Of a stretch of DNA of 40,000 nucleotides, positions 16,541 to 26,742 are shown in pieces. Source of the DNA: Aeromonas phage AerS_266; the sequence record OR496884.1; one strand, written 5' to 3'. Below the pieces are notes generated by a model. The model searched no databases and was not told the DNA's origin. It saw only the letters and a list, made by a program, of their open reading frames with translations. The position numbers and the translations under genes are program-made. Each line of letters starts with the position of its first letter. Position 1 is the stretch's first letter.

Positions 16541-16853
16541 ATGTTAAAAACAAAACGTTATCGTACATTTGCGACTTACACAGACAAGTGTTAAAGGTAA
16601 CGTTAATATGATGACACAAATTTTTCAATTCAAGAAATTTTGCCAATATGGGTGTATCGACTTGTGGGTTACCTGTGGTTAATGAATTTGGGTCATCAAG
16701 ATTGATCGGAAGTGTATGCAAAATTCCGAATGTTTGGATAACCAACCCAACTGCACTTAATGCACTTTCAACAGGAATTCCTGGAAACCCTATGTTGAAT
16801 TTAATAATTTCACTAGGTACATGTGCTTGTGTCATTACTTGCTCCAAAAACAA
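16527..16853 (-). CDS. Uncharacterised phage protein
   Basis: 108-aa ORF in co-oriented cluster. Confidence 0.6.
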   Translation of the reverse strand: MFLEQVMTQAHVPSEIIKFNIGFPGIPVESALSAVGLVIQTFGILHTLPINLDDPNSLTTGNPQVDTPILAKFLELKNLCHHINVTFNTCLCKSQMYDNVLFLTFECS

Positions 16854-17121
16854 AAAGAGTATTGTTATTGATTTTTATAAATTCTGTACTTGATTGGAAA
16901 TCAATAACATTAATAATCTCATTTAAATAAACCATTACTTGGGATTTGATTAATGGCGCTGCAATTCCAAATTCATTTGCAAATCTCAGATTTAATATTT
17001 CCATGTTTCTTGTTTGTAAATATTCTTTTACTATTTCAAAGAAACGGATCTGATTCAATTGGTAACGATTCGCAATCTCCCGTAATGGGAAAAGATTGAC
17101 AGTCAGACATGAGTTTGTCAT
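16813..17121 (-). CDS. Uncharacterised phage protein
   Basis: 102-aa ORF with GGGGAC-GATC-ATG ribosome site. Confidence 0.65.
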   Translation of the reverse strand: MTNSCLTVNLFPLREIANRYQLNQIRFFEIVKEYLQTRNMEILNLRFANEFGIAAPLIKSQVMVYLNEIINVIDFQSSTEFIKINNNTLFVFGASNDTSTCT

Positions 17122-17497
17122 GATCGTCCCCTATTTCATATAAAATAAAATTTAGATTATCTTTATATCGACTAAGTCCATACTTTTTGGATAAATCTAA
17201 ACCAAGTTGATAAACAAGAAAATCTCTAAATTTTAGGTAAAGGTCATCAAATTCTTCAATTAATACTTCTCGGCTAAACCAAACTTTAATATCCCCTTCT
17301 TTACAAGTCCCTGTCAAAGAAAATACTTTACATGCTCTTATTAGATATGTTTGCAACATTACTGCAATGCCAGGTTTATCTTTTTCTTTAATTAATTTAT
17401 TAGCATGTATTTGGTTTTGTTCAATTGCTTCTTCTATGAAATAAAAGAAGCTAGAGAAATTAATTGATTTGACTTCAATCGTCTCTTTGCAGCTCAT
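17036..17497 (-). CDS. Uncharacterised phage protein
   Basis: 153-aa ORF, overlaps downstream gene. Confidence 0.65.
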   Translation of the reverse strand: MSCKETIEVKSINFSSFFYFIEEAIEQNQIHANKLIKEKDKPGIAVMLQTYLIRACKVFSLTGTCKEGDIKVWFSREVLIEEFDDLYLKFRDFLVYQLGLDLSKKYGLSRYKDNLNFILYEIGDDHDKLMSDCQSFPITGDCESLPIESDPFL

Positions 17498-17948
17498 TTA
17501 GAACCTCGAATGTTGGATTATCTTCAACACACTGACTGATATCGTGATTTTCAACTTTTGGTTTAAAATCTAGAAACGTCATTTCAAGATCCATGATGAT
17601 AGTGCAAAGACTTCTCCTTCCACATTTTTTAGTGATCACTTTATACATGAGTCTAGGATCAAAACCTGCTGTATAAAATTGTGTTTTAATATCGTGAACA
17701 AGTTGTTCAATTAATGGACAGAGTTCATAGAACAACGGTTCTTCATTTTGATACTCGGTTATCATTGTGTCGAGTATTGTGTTTATTTTGTCTTGTTTGT
17801 TGTTCAGAATCTGAACTACACAATCAACGGTCAACGTAAAGAAATATTCTAATCGTTCATCTACATTTTGTGCTTGATTTTCAAAACCGTAAATCTTGCA
17901 CAACAAAGCTATACGCATTTTTAAATCATCAGTATCTATCGTGTACAT
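17475..17948 (-). CDS. Uncharacterised phage protein
   Basis: 157-aa ORF in same cluster. Confidence 0.65.
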   Translation of the reverse strand: MYTIDTDDLKMRIALLCKIYGFENQAQNVDERLEYFFTLTVDCVVQILNNKQDKINTILDTMITEYQNEEPLFYELCPLIEQLVHDIKTQFYTAGFDPRLMYKVITKKCGRRSLCTIIMDLEMTFLDFKPKVENHDISQCVEDNPTFEVLNELQRDD

Positions 17949-17961
17949 GAAGTTTGTCCGA

Positions 17962-18279
17962 TTAGTAAAATGTTAGCTGAAAACGCATATGACCTAAATT
18001 AACTAACGTTGCGTTATCAGGAATGGGAAGTGTCGCAATTTGATCGTCAACATAATCTTTAACTATTTCATAAACTGCACTATGGCTAAAAGACAAGTTA
18101 CGATCAAAAGGACTTGGTGGAAGTGGTATACCGTTATCTAAACAAGCATCTTGAATAACAGAATACGCTAAACTTTCTGGGCATTCAGAAAGTGTTTTTA
18201 AATCTTGGCTGTGACCCGCTAAATTAAAAATAAGTTGCATAAATTTATAGAGAGGTAGAAACCTACCTCTCTTCTCCAT
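17962..18279 (-). CDS. Uncharacterised phage protein
   Basis: 105-aa ORF just downstream of the tubulin gene; start uncertain. Confidence 0.55.
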   Translation of the reverse strand: MEKRGRFLPLYKFMQLIFNLAGHSQDLKTLSECPESLAYSVIQDACLDNGIPLPPSPFDRNLSFSHSAVYEIVKDYVDDQIATLPIPDNATLVNLGHMRFQLTFY

Positions 18280-18290
18280 TAATCTTTAGA

Positions 18291-19244
18291 TTAAAGGTAC
18301 ATGCCATCCGGAGACGCATCGGAAAGGTCAACTTGTTTTACTTTATGCCGACCTGCAAGTTCGGCTTGTTTGGCTTGTTGTTCTTTGATCATCTCCTCAA
18401 GCTCTATCAAAGTAGAACCATGATCAAGTACAACGTGCGCTGTTTCGACATACCCTTTAGTTACATCTGTAAACAGACCGGCTTTGCGATAAAGCAGATT
18501 AGTAAACGGAGAACGGATTTGCTCAATGTCGTTATAGATGGACAAGGCGGCAACAGGGATACGTTTGTATTCGGTTACCTTTTCTTCATTACAGAAACTT
18601 ACCTGGGACAGGATAGGATCTGCTTTAACTACATTGGTAAAGAAGAACAGGTTTTTGATATCGGCATAGTCGATGCGTTCGTTGTTCAAGTTAAGCATCA
18701 ACAAAGCGTTATCAATGGTCCGGGTTACTTCCGCGTTGATTCCACCTTGGGTGTTCTTGGTGGTGTTTTCACGGTAACAGAACAGTACAGGTGCTTCATG
18801 AAGTTGTGCTTGCGCCAACAATGAACGAAGTGTACCAACTGTATTATCCATTTCTTTAATAGAAGTGGAATCACCGATAACGATTGAAAGAACAGGGATC
18901 CCTTTTTCCAACATAGCCTTAACCATGTACGGACCAAGAACAGACCCAGAACCACCAGAAGCTGAGTAGACCAGGATATTCAATTTGTTAGCTGGGAGCT
19001 TAGCCAAAGCGCGTTTAACCAAATCCGGAGCAAGTGCCGCGTTACTGGCTTTGTTAGAACCGGAGCCTTCTACGCCTTCCATGCGTTCAATGTGATAAGC
19101 ACCGTCAGTACCAGGGTTGGCGTCAGAAAAATCAACACCCAGTACGTTATCGACAAACTTACCGTGATTAGTGTTTTTCAGGAAATGGTTCAGGTTAGTA
19201 ATACCAGCGCCACCCAGACCGTAAATATTAAAACACTTTTGCAT
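18291..19244 (-). CDS. phuZ: PhuZ-type phage tubulin
   Basis: Tubulin/FtsZ P-loop-like NILVYSASGGSGSVLGPYMV; FNIYGLGGAGITNL N-terminus; acidic C-terminal tail; ATG at 19244 has GGAG-ATAAAA-ATG. Confidence 0.88.
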   Translation of the reverse strand: MQKCFNIYGLGGAGITNLNHFLKNTNHGKFVDNVLGVDFSDANPGTDGAYHIERMEGVEGSGSNKASNAALAPDLVKRALAKLPANKLNILVYSASGGSGSVLGPYMVKAMLEKGIPVLSIVIGDSTSIKEMDNTVGTLRSLLAQAQLHEAPVLFCYRENTTKNTQGGINAEVTRTIDNALLMLNLNNERIDYADIKNLFFFTNVVKADPILSQVSFCNEEKVTEYKRIPVAALSIYNDIEQIRSPFTNLLYRKAGLFTDVTKGYVETAHVVLDHGSTLIELEEMIKEQQAKQAELAGRHKVKQVDLSDASPDGMYL

Positions 19245-19302
19245 TTTTATCTCCATTGTTGTTAAAAGCTTCTGTACGAAGCTATAATCAATTTTTGTTG
19301 CT

Positions 19303-19323
19303 ACAGTATTGTAACATGTGTTT
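19303..19323 (-). promoter_or_regulatory. Promoter-like motif upstream of phage tubulin (AAACACATGTTACAATACTG)
   Basis: Matches much of AAACCTATATTACTAAAGTG at 5894. Confidence 0.4.
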
Positions 19324-19360
19324 ATTAAAAAGAAATTCGTTGTAGCTCTTTATAGAAGCG

Positions 19361-19765
19361 TTAAGACAGAATATTTACAACACATTCAGGAATAAACTCT
19401 CTGATCTTACCATAAATTTCAGAATAAAGTTCTTCATCAACATCAACGTCAGATATCATGTAATTTTGAGCATAGACCCCTGCTTGCGGAATACTCAATG
19501 CATAAATATTACTTTCTTTAAATCGACGGTCTTCAATAGAAAACCAACCGGAAAGAATAAGTACATAACTACCCGGTTCTCCTTGAGGAAAAGCTGTGAC
19601 CTGGATACGAAACTCATCATCATTGGTAATTTTCATACCAAAGCTTAATTGATCTTCGATATGAGAAACAATTGGCCAAGGAGAAGATCCTAGTTCATCC
19701 AACATTGCATTAATTTGATCTTGAATTTGTAAGGAAATAACTTCAACACGTTTTGTTGTATTCAC
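19361..19765 (-). CDS. Uncharacterised phage protein
   Basis: 134-aa ORF. Confidence 0.7.
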   Translation of the reverse strand: MNTTKRVEVISLQIQDQINAMLDELGSSPWPIVSHIEDQLSFGMKITNDDEFRIQVTAFPQGEPGSYVLILSGWFSIEDRRFKESNIYALSIPQAGVYAQNYMISDVDVDEELYSEIYGKIREFIPECVVNILS

Positions 19766-20129
19766 TAATAACCACCTTTGCTTTCTCTAATTTTTCAGCC
19801 AATAGTCCAGAAATATCATGTTCGATAATATCAAGTAAAGAACGATGATTTATTTTAAGACCTTTCATGAAAATGGTCTTTGTGTATTTTTTCCAAAGTT
19901 TGATGTGAGTAATATGGATACGGACATTTTTATTTGGATTTTCTAACCTTATCATAACCCCAATTATCAATACATCAATCTTATTTAATCGGTATCGAAA
20001 AGTAGAAAAGAAATTTAATCTATCTCCTGGGGACATACTTTTAATATCATAAACATTTTTATACGCTTTTGGTTTGTTCTCCAATAGCGCATTTTTGAAG
20101 ATATCTTTAATTTGTTCTTCAGTATTCAT
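19743..20129 (-). CDS. Uncharacterised phage protein (MNTEEQIKDIFKN...)
   Basis: Tracked start 20174; ATG at 20129 (AGGT-ATCTATT-ATG) is also plausible. Confidence 0.6.
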   Translation of the reverse strand: MNTEEQIKDIFKNALLENKPKAYKNVYDIKSMSPGDRLNFFSTFRYRLNKIDVLIIGVMIRLENPNKNVRIHITHIKLWKKYTKTIFMKGLKINHRSLLDIIEHDISGLLAEKLEKAKVVISEYNKTC

Positions 20130-20176
20130 AATAGATACCTGATGGCGATAAGAAATACCTCCTTGATTGTACAATG

Positions 20177-20194
20177 AGATAATATCTATTTGAA
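20177..20194 (-). promoter_or_regulatory. Phage promoter-like motif (TCAAATAGATATTATCTC)
   Basis: Recurrent motif just downstream of a terminator. Confidence 0.5.
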
Positions 20195-20220
20195 AAAATA
20201 TAAAGGAAACAAAATAAAAG

Positions 20221-20245
20221 CTAGGGACTCCAATGGAGTCCCTAG
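20221..20245 (-). terminator. Rho-independent terminator
   Basis: CTAGGGACTCC-att-GGAGTCCCTAG then CTTTTATTTTG on minus strand. Confidence 0.8.
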
Positions 20246-20253
20246 CTAATGAC

Positions 20254-21900
20254 CTAGATATTAGATTTGAAAACTTTTTCCATCACTTTATTACGATATT
20301 CTTCCCCGCCGTAATAAAAATCAAAACTGGAAAAGTTACGGGACCGCTCTGTTGCAAAATGTTTAGACCTTATAATGTCAACTTGAGTTTTCAATATTGG
20401 TGACCCAAGAAGGTCATGTACAAACTTACAGGTTATCATCATTTCCAACTCATTGTCTTTATAATGACGAGAAATGCCAAGAAAGTCTGGGTTGGTGTTA
20501 AGCGCCAACGTTTCTTTGTAAAGATAATCTAGAAAAACTCCAATTTGTTTTCTTTTCTGATCAAGGATCTGGCTATTGAACTGCCCGCTACCCTGTTGAT
20601 ACAACGCGATCTGGAATTTCAGGATAGCGATGCATTCTTTTTCATCCATATCTTCCAGAGTTACGCCAATAGCTTCTTTGGCAGCAGGTATTCCTCCCAG
20701 TTGTTTAATGATGTATCGGGTATTGTACTTGTTTTTGGTATGGATATTTGGGAGTGTTAAACGCTCCTTGACCTTATCATAAGAAATCTGACCGCTTTGG
20801 ATCTGATTCAAAACCGTGGCAAAAGACTTCTCTGCTTTTGCTTGTAGTTCTACAAGCCGATCATCAAAAATCTTGATGATCCCCTGTAATGTTTTCCCCC
20901 AGTTGTCGTTATTCATCAATTTAATATTGATTACTTGGTGACTGTCCTTTAATTGATAATCAAGGGGTTTAGTTTTCAATACCTCTTGAGTCTGGGTACC
21001 AGGAAAACAGTTCTGAACCAACCATTGCTTGAATGGTCTAAGTACACTAGGATTTAAATCATCCGGATCAATGCTAATAAATTGTGGTAAATCAAGAACG
21101 CATTTCTTAATTCCTTGGATTTTACGAATAATAGTAATAATATCACCAATGAACTGTTTTAATGGTATTTCGGAAATAGGTTTTCCTAGCCATTGTTCTT
21201 CAATGGTAATCTCGCGAGACATAAATTTAGCAAACAGTTGTTTTGCTGTAAAATAATCTTCAAGAATCTCCAATGCAGTTACTACGTCACTTTCGTGATC
21301 ATCAGAGAGTTCCTTTCTTACAAAAGTAATAAAAGAATTAAACACTAAATCTTTATCATTTTTAAGAGACTCTTTCTCTTGTTTACGCCCTAATAATTTT
21401 TCAGTTACATCTAAATTTTTGTTTTTAAGATAGACACCAAAATCAAGAACCATATTGGAATCTAGTTGTTGACTTCCAAAGGTAATATTAAATTGTTTTA
21501 TGGGATCTAAGTTATTAAAACGATCATCTTTAGTTTTAATAACGTCCATCTTAGTGTCGCTAAAGTTTGGATTATTAACTTTAGCAACAGCAGGTTTAAA
21601 AAACAGGCTATTTGCAATGCATTCGGTCATCTTTTTCCAAGCTTTATCATACCCCATCCCAAAAACAATTTCACGATGAGCAAGATATAGTTTTTGATGA
21701 TCAGATCCACCGTTAAGAATTTTGTCAACTATTCCTTGGGTGAAAATTCCTTGTTCAACTAAAAACACTACCGGAACTGAAACAATATCACAAAGAAAAG
21801 AAAACTCCTGATCTGAGATTTTAAATGATGATCTGAGATTTGGAAGAATTTCTTTATTTGTGACCAAAGATTTTGGTTGAACAAAGTTTAGTTTACACAT
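20254..21900 (-). CDS. Uncharacterised 548-aa phage protein
   Basis: Long ORF followed by terminator. Confidence 0.8.
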   Translation of the reverse strand: MCKLNFVQPKSLVTNKEILPNLRSSFKISDQEFSFLCDIVSVPVVFLVEQGIFTQGIVDKILNGGSDHQKLYLAHREIVFGMGYDKAWKKMTECIANSLFFKPAVAKVNNPNFSDTKMDVIKTKDDRFNNLDPIKQFNITFGSQQLDSNMVLDFGVYLKNKNLDVTEKLLGRKQEKESLKNDKDLVFNSFITFVRKELSDDHESDVVTALEILEDYFTAKQLFAKFMSREITIEEQWLGKPISEIPLKQFIGDIITIIRKIQGIKKCVLDLPQFISIDPDDLNPSVLRPFKQWLVQNCFPGTQTQEVLKTKPLDYQLKDSHQVINIKLMNNDNWGKTLQGIIKIFDDRLVELQAKAEKSFATVLNQIQSGQISYDKVKERLTLPNIHTKNKYNTRYIIKQLGGIPAAKEAIGVTLEDMDEKECIAILKFQIALYQQGSGQFNSQILDQKRKQIGVFLDYLYKETLALNTNPDFLGISRHYKDNELEMMITCKFVHDLLGSPILKTQVDIIRSKHFATERSRNFSSFDFYYGGEEYRNKVMEKVFKSNI

Positions 21901-21915
21901 GTTATTTTCCCTAAA

Positions 21916-22224
21916 TTAGTTTGTGTTGTACAAACTTTCTAAATGATTATTTAACCCGCTAACATCACTTAGCTTAAATATAGCCGGTGGTGTTGTTTCA
22001 ATAATGATATTTGTTTGTTCAACATTAATATCAAATTTTTGTTTGTTGTGGATCAAGTGTCCAGAAATCCTACCGGTTGAATCTTTGTTGATATGGATTT
22101 CTTCTAAATTACGATGAAACTTTGCGGTGATGCCTTTTAACGGACGTGACTTAATAACTTGTTCGTTGTTAACAAAACTAACAAAGCTTTTAACAAAACG
22201 ATAAAGTGGATGATTAGGTCTCAT
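21916..22224 (-). CDS. Uncharacterised small protein
   Basis: 102-aa co-oriented ORF. Confidence 0.6.
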   Translation of the reverse strand: MRPNHPLYRFVKSFVSFVNNEQVIKSRPLKGITAKFHRNLEEIHINKDSTGRISGHLIHNKQKFDINVEQTNIIIETTPPAIFKLSDVSGLNNHLESLYNTN

Positions 22225-22235
22225 GTTTCCTCTAA

Positions 22236-22697
22236 TTAAACTAAACAGTTGTTATTAAAAACAGTGATTGGCTGGTTTGGAAATTTAAACCCGCTTTGGG
22301 ATTTAATATCGCAATGTTGAAATACAACTTTTCCAATATCTGTTTTACCAACATATCCAATCTGGCTATTTCTAAACTCTGTATAGGGTACCATAGAAAC
22401 ATAGGTCAAAACACTGTTTTCAATAACCGTATCTGAAAGATGACAGGAGCGTAATTCAACCTTTCCGATTAAAGCAAGTTCATGTCTAACCTTTATAACC
22501 GAATGACCTTTTAAAATAAGATCTAATTTCTTTTTGTAGATATCAGTCATAATGTCGCATATAACCGAATCCATTAACAGTCCTCCAGATTTTTTATCTG
22601 GGGGTGAAAATCTAATCGTTAAAGCTCCCTCATTTTCTTTATCAAAGAGAATAATCTTATCCCCTTGAATTTCATATTCGTAACGAGAACCTTCCAT
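22236..22697 (-). CDS. Uncharacterised protein
   Basis: 153-aa ORF preceded by AGGAG. Confidence 0.65.
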   Translation of the reverse strand: MEGSRYEYEIQGDKIILFDKENEGALTIRFSPPDKKSGGLLMDSVICDIMTDIYKKKLDLILKGHSVIKVRHELALIGKVELRSCHLSDTVIENSVLTYVSMVPYTEFRNSQIGYVGKTDIGKVVFQHCDIKSQSGFKFPNQPITVFNNNCLV

Positions 22698-22717
22698 GGA
22701 GAATCTCCTTAGATAAG

Positions 22718-23347
22718 TTATTTTGAAATTTTGGCTTCAAATCGTTCAATTAACAGCGCAATAATTTCACGTCTACTATTGGGGATGATGACATTTTGTC
22801 CAGATATACCAGTAGATACTTCAGTATCTGGAAGTTCCATAACACCAAGTTTCATAGTGAAACCGTGAATTGGATCAGGGTGTGGTCGTTTCATGCCAGC
22901 ATAAATTTCAATTTCTCCAACTTTCATAGGTAATCTACCAGACCAGAATGCGCTAGGTTCATTTTTTATCATGACTTCACGATAAAGTGTTTCAAATAAA
23001 TCTCCAATTTGAAGAACGCCATTAATTGAAATTTCTTTTGACAGATCGAAGTCAAATCCCCAATCAACCATTATTTTTGCAGCCACTTCGTGAACAGCTT
23101 TACAAGGAAGTTCAGTAATCAATGCAGATGCTTCTTTAATGACAGTTTCACCTTCTTCTGTGTTTACAGATATTTTAAGTGAGACGTCCCAAGAATTTTT
23201 TAACATGAACATAATTACCGCGTGGAAATCAAGACTGGGATAATTAATTGTCCCACAAGTCATGCCTGTTTCATCATTCTTTTCTTTCATTCGGGTAAGT
23301 GCGTTGATTAAATGTTTATAAATAGCAAGTGCTTGTGTACGTGTCAT
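22718..23347 (-). CDS. Uncharacterised protein
   Basis: 209-aa ORF. Confidence 0.7.
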   Translation of the reverse strand: MTRTQALAIYKHLINALTRMKEKNDETGMTCGTINYPSLDFHAVIMFMLKNSWDVSLKISVNTEEGETVIKEASALITELPCKAVHEVAAKIMVDWGFDFDLSKEISINGVLQIGDLFETLYREVMIKNEPSAFWSGRLPMKVGEIEIYAGMKRPHPDPIHGFTMKLGVMELPDTEVSTGISGQNVIIPNSRREIIALLIERFEAKISK

Positions 23348-23372
23348 AACTAAATCCTTTTTTGATTAGGTT

Positions 23373-23858
23373 TTAAACATTAAAAACTTTACATTGCAAC
23401 TCAGGAAGAATTTCTCCTGTGTTAAATAAATAACGGATTCCTTTTAAACATTTTTCAATGTCAATTAAAGTTGTCGGAATTTCTTTTACCGCATGAACAG
23501 ATTGTTTTTCATTATATTCATTTAAAACATAAGAAACAAAATGTTCATCATTGATGAATCGCGTCGCAACTTCGTGATCAAACAAATAACCACAAAGTTC
23601 TGATTTTAAAAGTGCTATCCGATAAAAACTTTTCAATCCATACAAATATTCTACTGAATAATTAACAACATGTTTTTGTTCTTTGTTTGAAGAAACAAAA
23701 GAACAAATATAACCGTCAACGTTTGAAACAAGTTCTATGAAAACGTTTTCATTGACAGGAATAAAACATATCCCTGTTTTGTGATTTAAGAACTGATTTA
23801 ATTCGCTTGCTGATTTGGATAAAGCGTTCACGATTTCTTTAACAGATACTGTTTTCAT
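23373..23858 (-). CDS. Uncharacterised protein
   Basis: 161-aa ORF. Confidence 0.65.
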   Translation of the reverse strand: MKTVSVKEIVNALSKSASELNQFLNHKTGICFIPVNENVFIELVSNVDGYICSFVSSNKEQKHVVNYSVEYLYGLKSFYRIALLKSELCGYLFDHEVATRFINDEHFVSYVLNEYNEKQSVHAVKEIPTTLIDIEKCLKGIRYLFNTGEILPELQCKVFNV

Positions 23859-23902
23859 GTTTATTCCTTAAAGTTCAATTTATAGTGAATGACGTATTTT
23901 TA

Positions 23903-23935
23903 AAGAGCAACTAAGGGATTCCCTTAGTTGCTCTT
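23903..23935. terminator. Bidirectional-looking terminator
   Basis: AAGAGCAACTAAGGG-att-CCCTTAGTTGCTCTT with T7 tract on the plus side and AAAAAT-rich sequence on the other. Confidence 0.75.
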
Positions 23936-23943
23936 TTTTTAGT

Positions 23944-24339
23944 TTATTGTTTTATAAACTTTAGACTATTAATGATAAGTGGAGAAATAACACGTTCCAT
24001 TTTATCATCACAAATTCCATCAACTACATCACCTACCGTAAATGACATTGTTCCAACTAAGTTTCCTTCAAATTTAATTTTGAAGATAGCAAGAACATAA
24101 TTTTTATTTCCAACAAAAGGTGGAACATTAAAATTAGGTATTTGATGAGGTCCAAGCTTTTTAAAACTTACGGTTGCAGAAAAACATGCAGAAAGAAGAT
24201 TTTTGTAGAACTTTCCATTACAACGATTGTAAAGTTCAAACTTATTTGTTTTAACTTGTTTTAAAAGTGTGTGTAAAAAATCATTAAAACAACGATTTAA
24301 TCCAGCTTCCATTCCACAAATTTGTTTTGCAATAGTCAT
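23944..24339 (-). CDS. Uncharacterised protein
   Basis: 131-aa ORF followed by terminator. Confidence 0.65.
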   Translation of the reverse strand: MTIAKQICGMEAGLNRCFNDFLHTLLKQVKTNKFELYNRCNGKFYKNLLSACFSATVSFKKLGPHQIPNFNVPPFVGNKNYVLAIFKIKFEGNLVGTMSFTVGDVVDGICDDKMERVISPLIINSLKFIKQ

Positions 24340-24375
24340 TTTTGTTTATCCCGATTATAAACACATTAGTCGCAG

Positions 24376-25131
24376 TTAACGTTTATATAACACAACTGCG
24401 GTTGATTTAAGGTCTTGATTGAAGTCACCTGCCAAATGAAGCAAAGTAAGATCTTCAATCAGATAATCATGGATAACATTGACTTGGGTATTAATGTTTG
24501 AAAAAATTCCATTTTGGGTGAAATAAAAGGCGCCTGTTCTTTTATCAGAATGTTCAGTTTCTCGCTGCGCTCCTTCAGGGGAGTTTTCTTTAATTTGCAT
24601 TTGCGGAATAGGGAAAGTTGATCTGTTGTCAGTATTATTTCCAGATCTAAGAACAACCCCATTAAGACTTTGAATATGGTAACTAAATCCAGTCAAAGTT
24701 CGTATTACACAAACTTGGGGATAAATCTCTTTTTGGAGATCTCCCCAGTCACCAAATTCTAAAATGTACTTTATTTTCTCTGATAAAGAAAACTCCTCAC
24801 CTTTCCAAAAACTGTCAGAAACAATGTATTTACAAATTTTCAATATCAACTGATCAATAATTACAGTTGAATCAAAATTCTCGACACAATCTTTGTCTAC
24901 AAAGAACTCGACCGAATGAGTATTTGCAACTGAAATCCAGCCTACAAATTTTTCTTCAGTGGAAGCTTTTAACATAACGGTTAATTCTAAACCGTAAATT
25001 TTGGTGGGGCTGTGAGCAGGAGCATTTCTTTTACAAAGCGATTTAAATCTAACGGTAGACTGAGAAATCAATTCTTCACGTGCATCCAAAAGTTGTTTGG
25101 TACTTGCTTTATACTCGTCACGAAAATACAT
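24376..25131 (-). CDS. Uncharacterised protein
   Basis: 251-aa ORF. Confidence 0.7.
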   Translation of the reverse strand: MYFRDEYKASTKQLLDAREELISQSTVRFKSLCKRNAPAHSPTKIYGLELTVMLKASTEEKFVGWISVANTHSVEFFVDKDCVENFDSTVIIDQLILKICKYIVSDSFWKGEEFSLSEKIKYILEFGDWGDLQKEIYPQVCVIRTLTGFSYHIQSLNGVVLRSGNNTDNRSTFPIPQMQIKENSPEGAQRETEHSDKRTGAFYFTQNGIFSNINTQVNVIHDYLIEDLTLLHLAGDFNQDLKSTAVVLYKR

Positions 25132-25140
25132 AACCGATCC

Positions 25141-25620
25141 TTAAAGTTGTACGGGTTCGTTGATCAGGGATTTAAATTTACCAGGGATGGAACTTTCTTT
25201 TCGATGCCAAGAATCTTTCGCTTTATTAGCTAACGTTGCAAAAGCATTATTGTATTTTAGTTCCTGGTAATAATCGATATCATCAAACACCATCTTTTTA
25301 TTCTCACCCAATATTTTAAACATTTCCGCGGCCAAGGCTTTATGTATTTCTTTAACCAATTGTTTATGGGTATACGTTTTAAAATGCGGAAGTGTTAAAA
25401 TGATAACATCTTCTTTGGAAGGAGAGTAATAACTAACGGTAAGGGCGGGAACATCAATTTTAACACCATCGGCAGGAATAATCCGAAACTCCAATAACAA
25501 ATCTGGAATAATAGTTTCGTAATAATAGTCTCCTACCTCGCAAATATCTTTTAAACATAAAGGAGAAATTTTGTTATTTACAATTTGAGTAAGATGCTGA
25601 AGACCATTGATAATAGACAT
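25141..25620 (-). CDS. Uncharacterised protein
   Basis: 159-aa ORF. Confidence 0.65.
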   Translation of the reverse strand: MSIINGLQHLTQIVNNKISPLCLKDICEVGDYYYETIIPDLLLEFRIIPADGVKIDVPALTVSYYSPSKEDVIILTLPHFKTYTHKQLVKEIHKALAAEMFKILGENKKMVFDDIDYYQELKYNNAFATLANKAKDSWHRKESSIPGKFKSLINEPVQL

Positions 25621-25649
25621 GATAATAAATTCCTTTTACTAAATAAGGA

Positions 25650-26303
25650 TTAAACGAGTTTGAGTTTATTATTAAAACGATTCAACATAAATTCTAAATT
25701 ATTTTGATTTTGTTGTATTGTTGATTCAACAAAATTAGTTACAGATTTAATTTTGTTTTTATCTATCCAATCGATTGAAGATAGACTTTCTTTAAACATT
25801 TGTATTAAGGTATTCGTAGTGTAATTGCCGTAAGAAAATTCCATTCCTTTGGCGGTTCCTTGTTTAGTGTATTGAACCAAAACAAGGTCTTTATTATTGC
25901 GGTAACCAAAATGAAAACGAATCACTAAATCTGAATCGTAATTTATAACAAACGCTACGTTTTGTTTAAGAACAAATGCAGGATTTTTAGCATAACAATA
26001 TCGGATATTATTAATGCCGTTGAAAGCTTTTAGTAAAAAAGCACCTTTATTCTTTTTTGCAACTTTACAAAATTGAATAAACAACTCTGTTGCCGACACT
26101 GATGTTTCAGGTATCTCTAATTGCAAAATTTCATTTATTAATGTTTCTCGACTAGGTTTATGATTAAACACCAATTCGTACTGGAAATCGATAAAGTCTA
26201 TTTCAAAAATAAAATCCCCATTAATATTTCGACTTGCATTTACAATTATACACTTTTGTTTATTATTGAATAAGGTAAGAGTAAACGTTGGTTGAATGAA
26301 CAT
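25650..26303 (-). CDS. Uncharacterised protein
   Basis: 217-aa ORF with promoter-like motif upstream. Confidence 0.7.
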   Translation of the reverse strand: MFIQPTFTLTLFNNKQKCIIVNASRNINGDFIFEIDFIDFQYELVFNHKPSRETLINEILQLEIPETSVSATELFIQFCKVAKKNKGAFLLKAFNGINNIRYCYAKNPAFVLKQNVAFVINYDSDLVIRFHFGYRNNKDLVLVQYTKQGTAKGMEFSYGNYTTNTLIQMFKESLSSIDWIDKNKIKSVTNFVESTIQQNQNNLEFMLNRFNNKLKLV

Positions 26304-26328
26304 AACAAAACTCCGTTGATATTACAAA

Positions 26329-26344
26329 GAGATAATATCTGTTT
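26329..26344 (-). promoter_or_regulatory. Phage promoter-like motif (AAACAGATATTATCTC)
   Basis: Shares TAAGTTTTTAAACAGATATTAT with the element at 1141. Confidence 0.5.
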
Positions 26345-26359
26345 AAAAACTTATGGGGT

Positions 26360-26638
26360 TTAAAATAAATCTTCTCCTCGAGTAAGATGTCCTTTTGCAA
26401 TAACAATGGATTTATTATTTATTAAGTCTTTAACTTTACTTTCCCAACTTCCGTTTTGATTTAAGTGGTGAGTAAACTTTAATTTTGATCCTAACCCAGC
26501 AAACTTATTTCCATGAATACTTATTAACCTATTTTTAGTTTCGTTAATCTGATAAGATCTAACAGAGGTTTTTGTTAACACTGCATTATCCAAAGTTTTA
26601 GAAACTAAGAAATTAATGTCTTCTACTAATTGTATCAT
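26360..26638 (-). CDS. Uncharacterised small protein
   Basis: 92-aa ORF. Confidence 0.55.
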   Translation of the reverse strand: MIQLVEDINFLVSKTLDNAVLTKTSVRSYQINETKNRLISIHGNKFAGLGSKLKFTHHLNQNGSWESKVKDLINNKSIVIAKGHLTRGEDLF

Positions 26639-26702
26639 CCCGTTTGGTCCTTTTCTAAATAAGACAGACTATTTTAATTAAAGTTAAATTAAAAAAGATT
26701 AT

Positions 26703-26734
26703 AACTCCTAGGTCCCAAATGGGACCTAGGAGTT
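26703..26734 (-). terminator. Rho-independent terminator
   Basis: AACTCCTAGGTCCC-attt-GGGACCTAGGAGTT then ATAATCTTTTTTAATTT on minus strand. Confidence 0.85.
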
Positions 26735-26742
26735 TGTACTAA

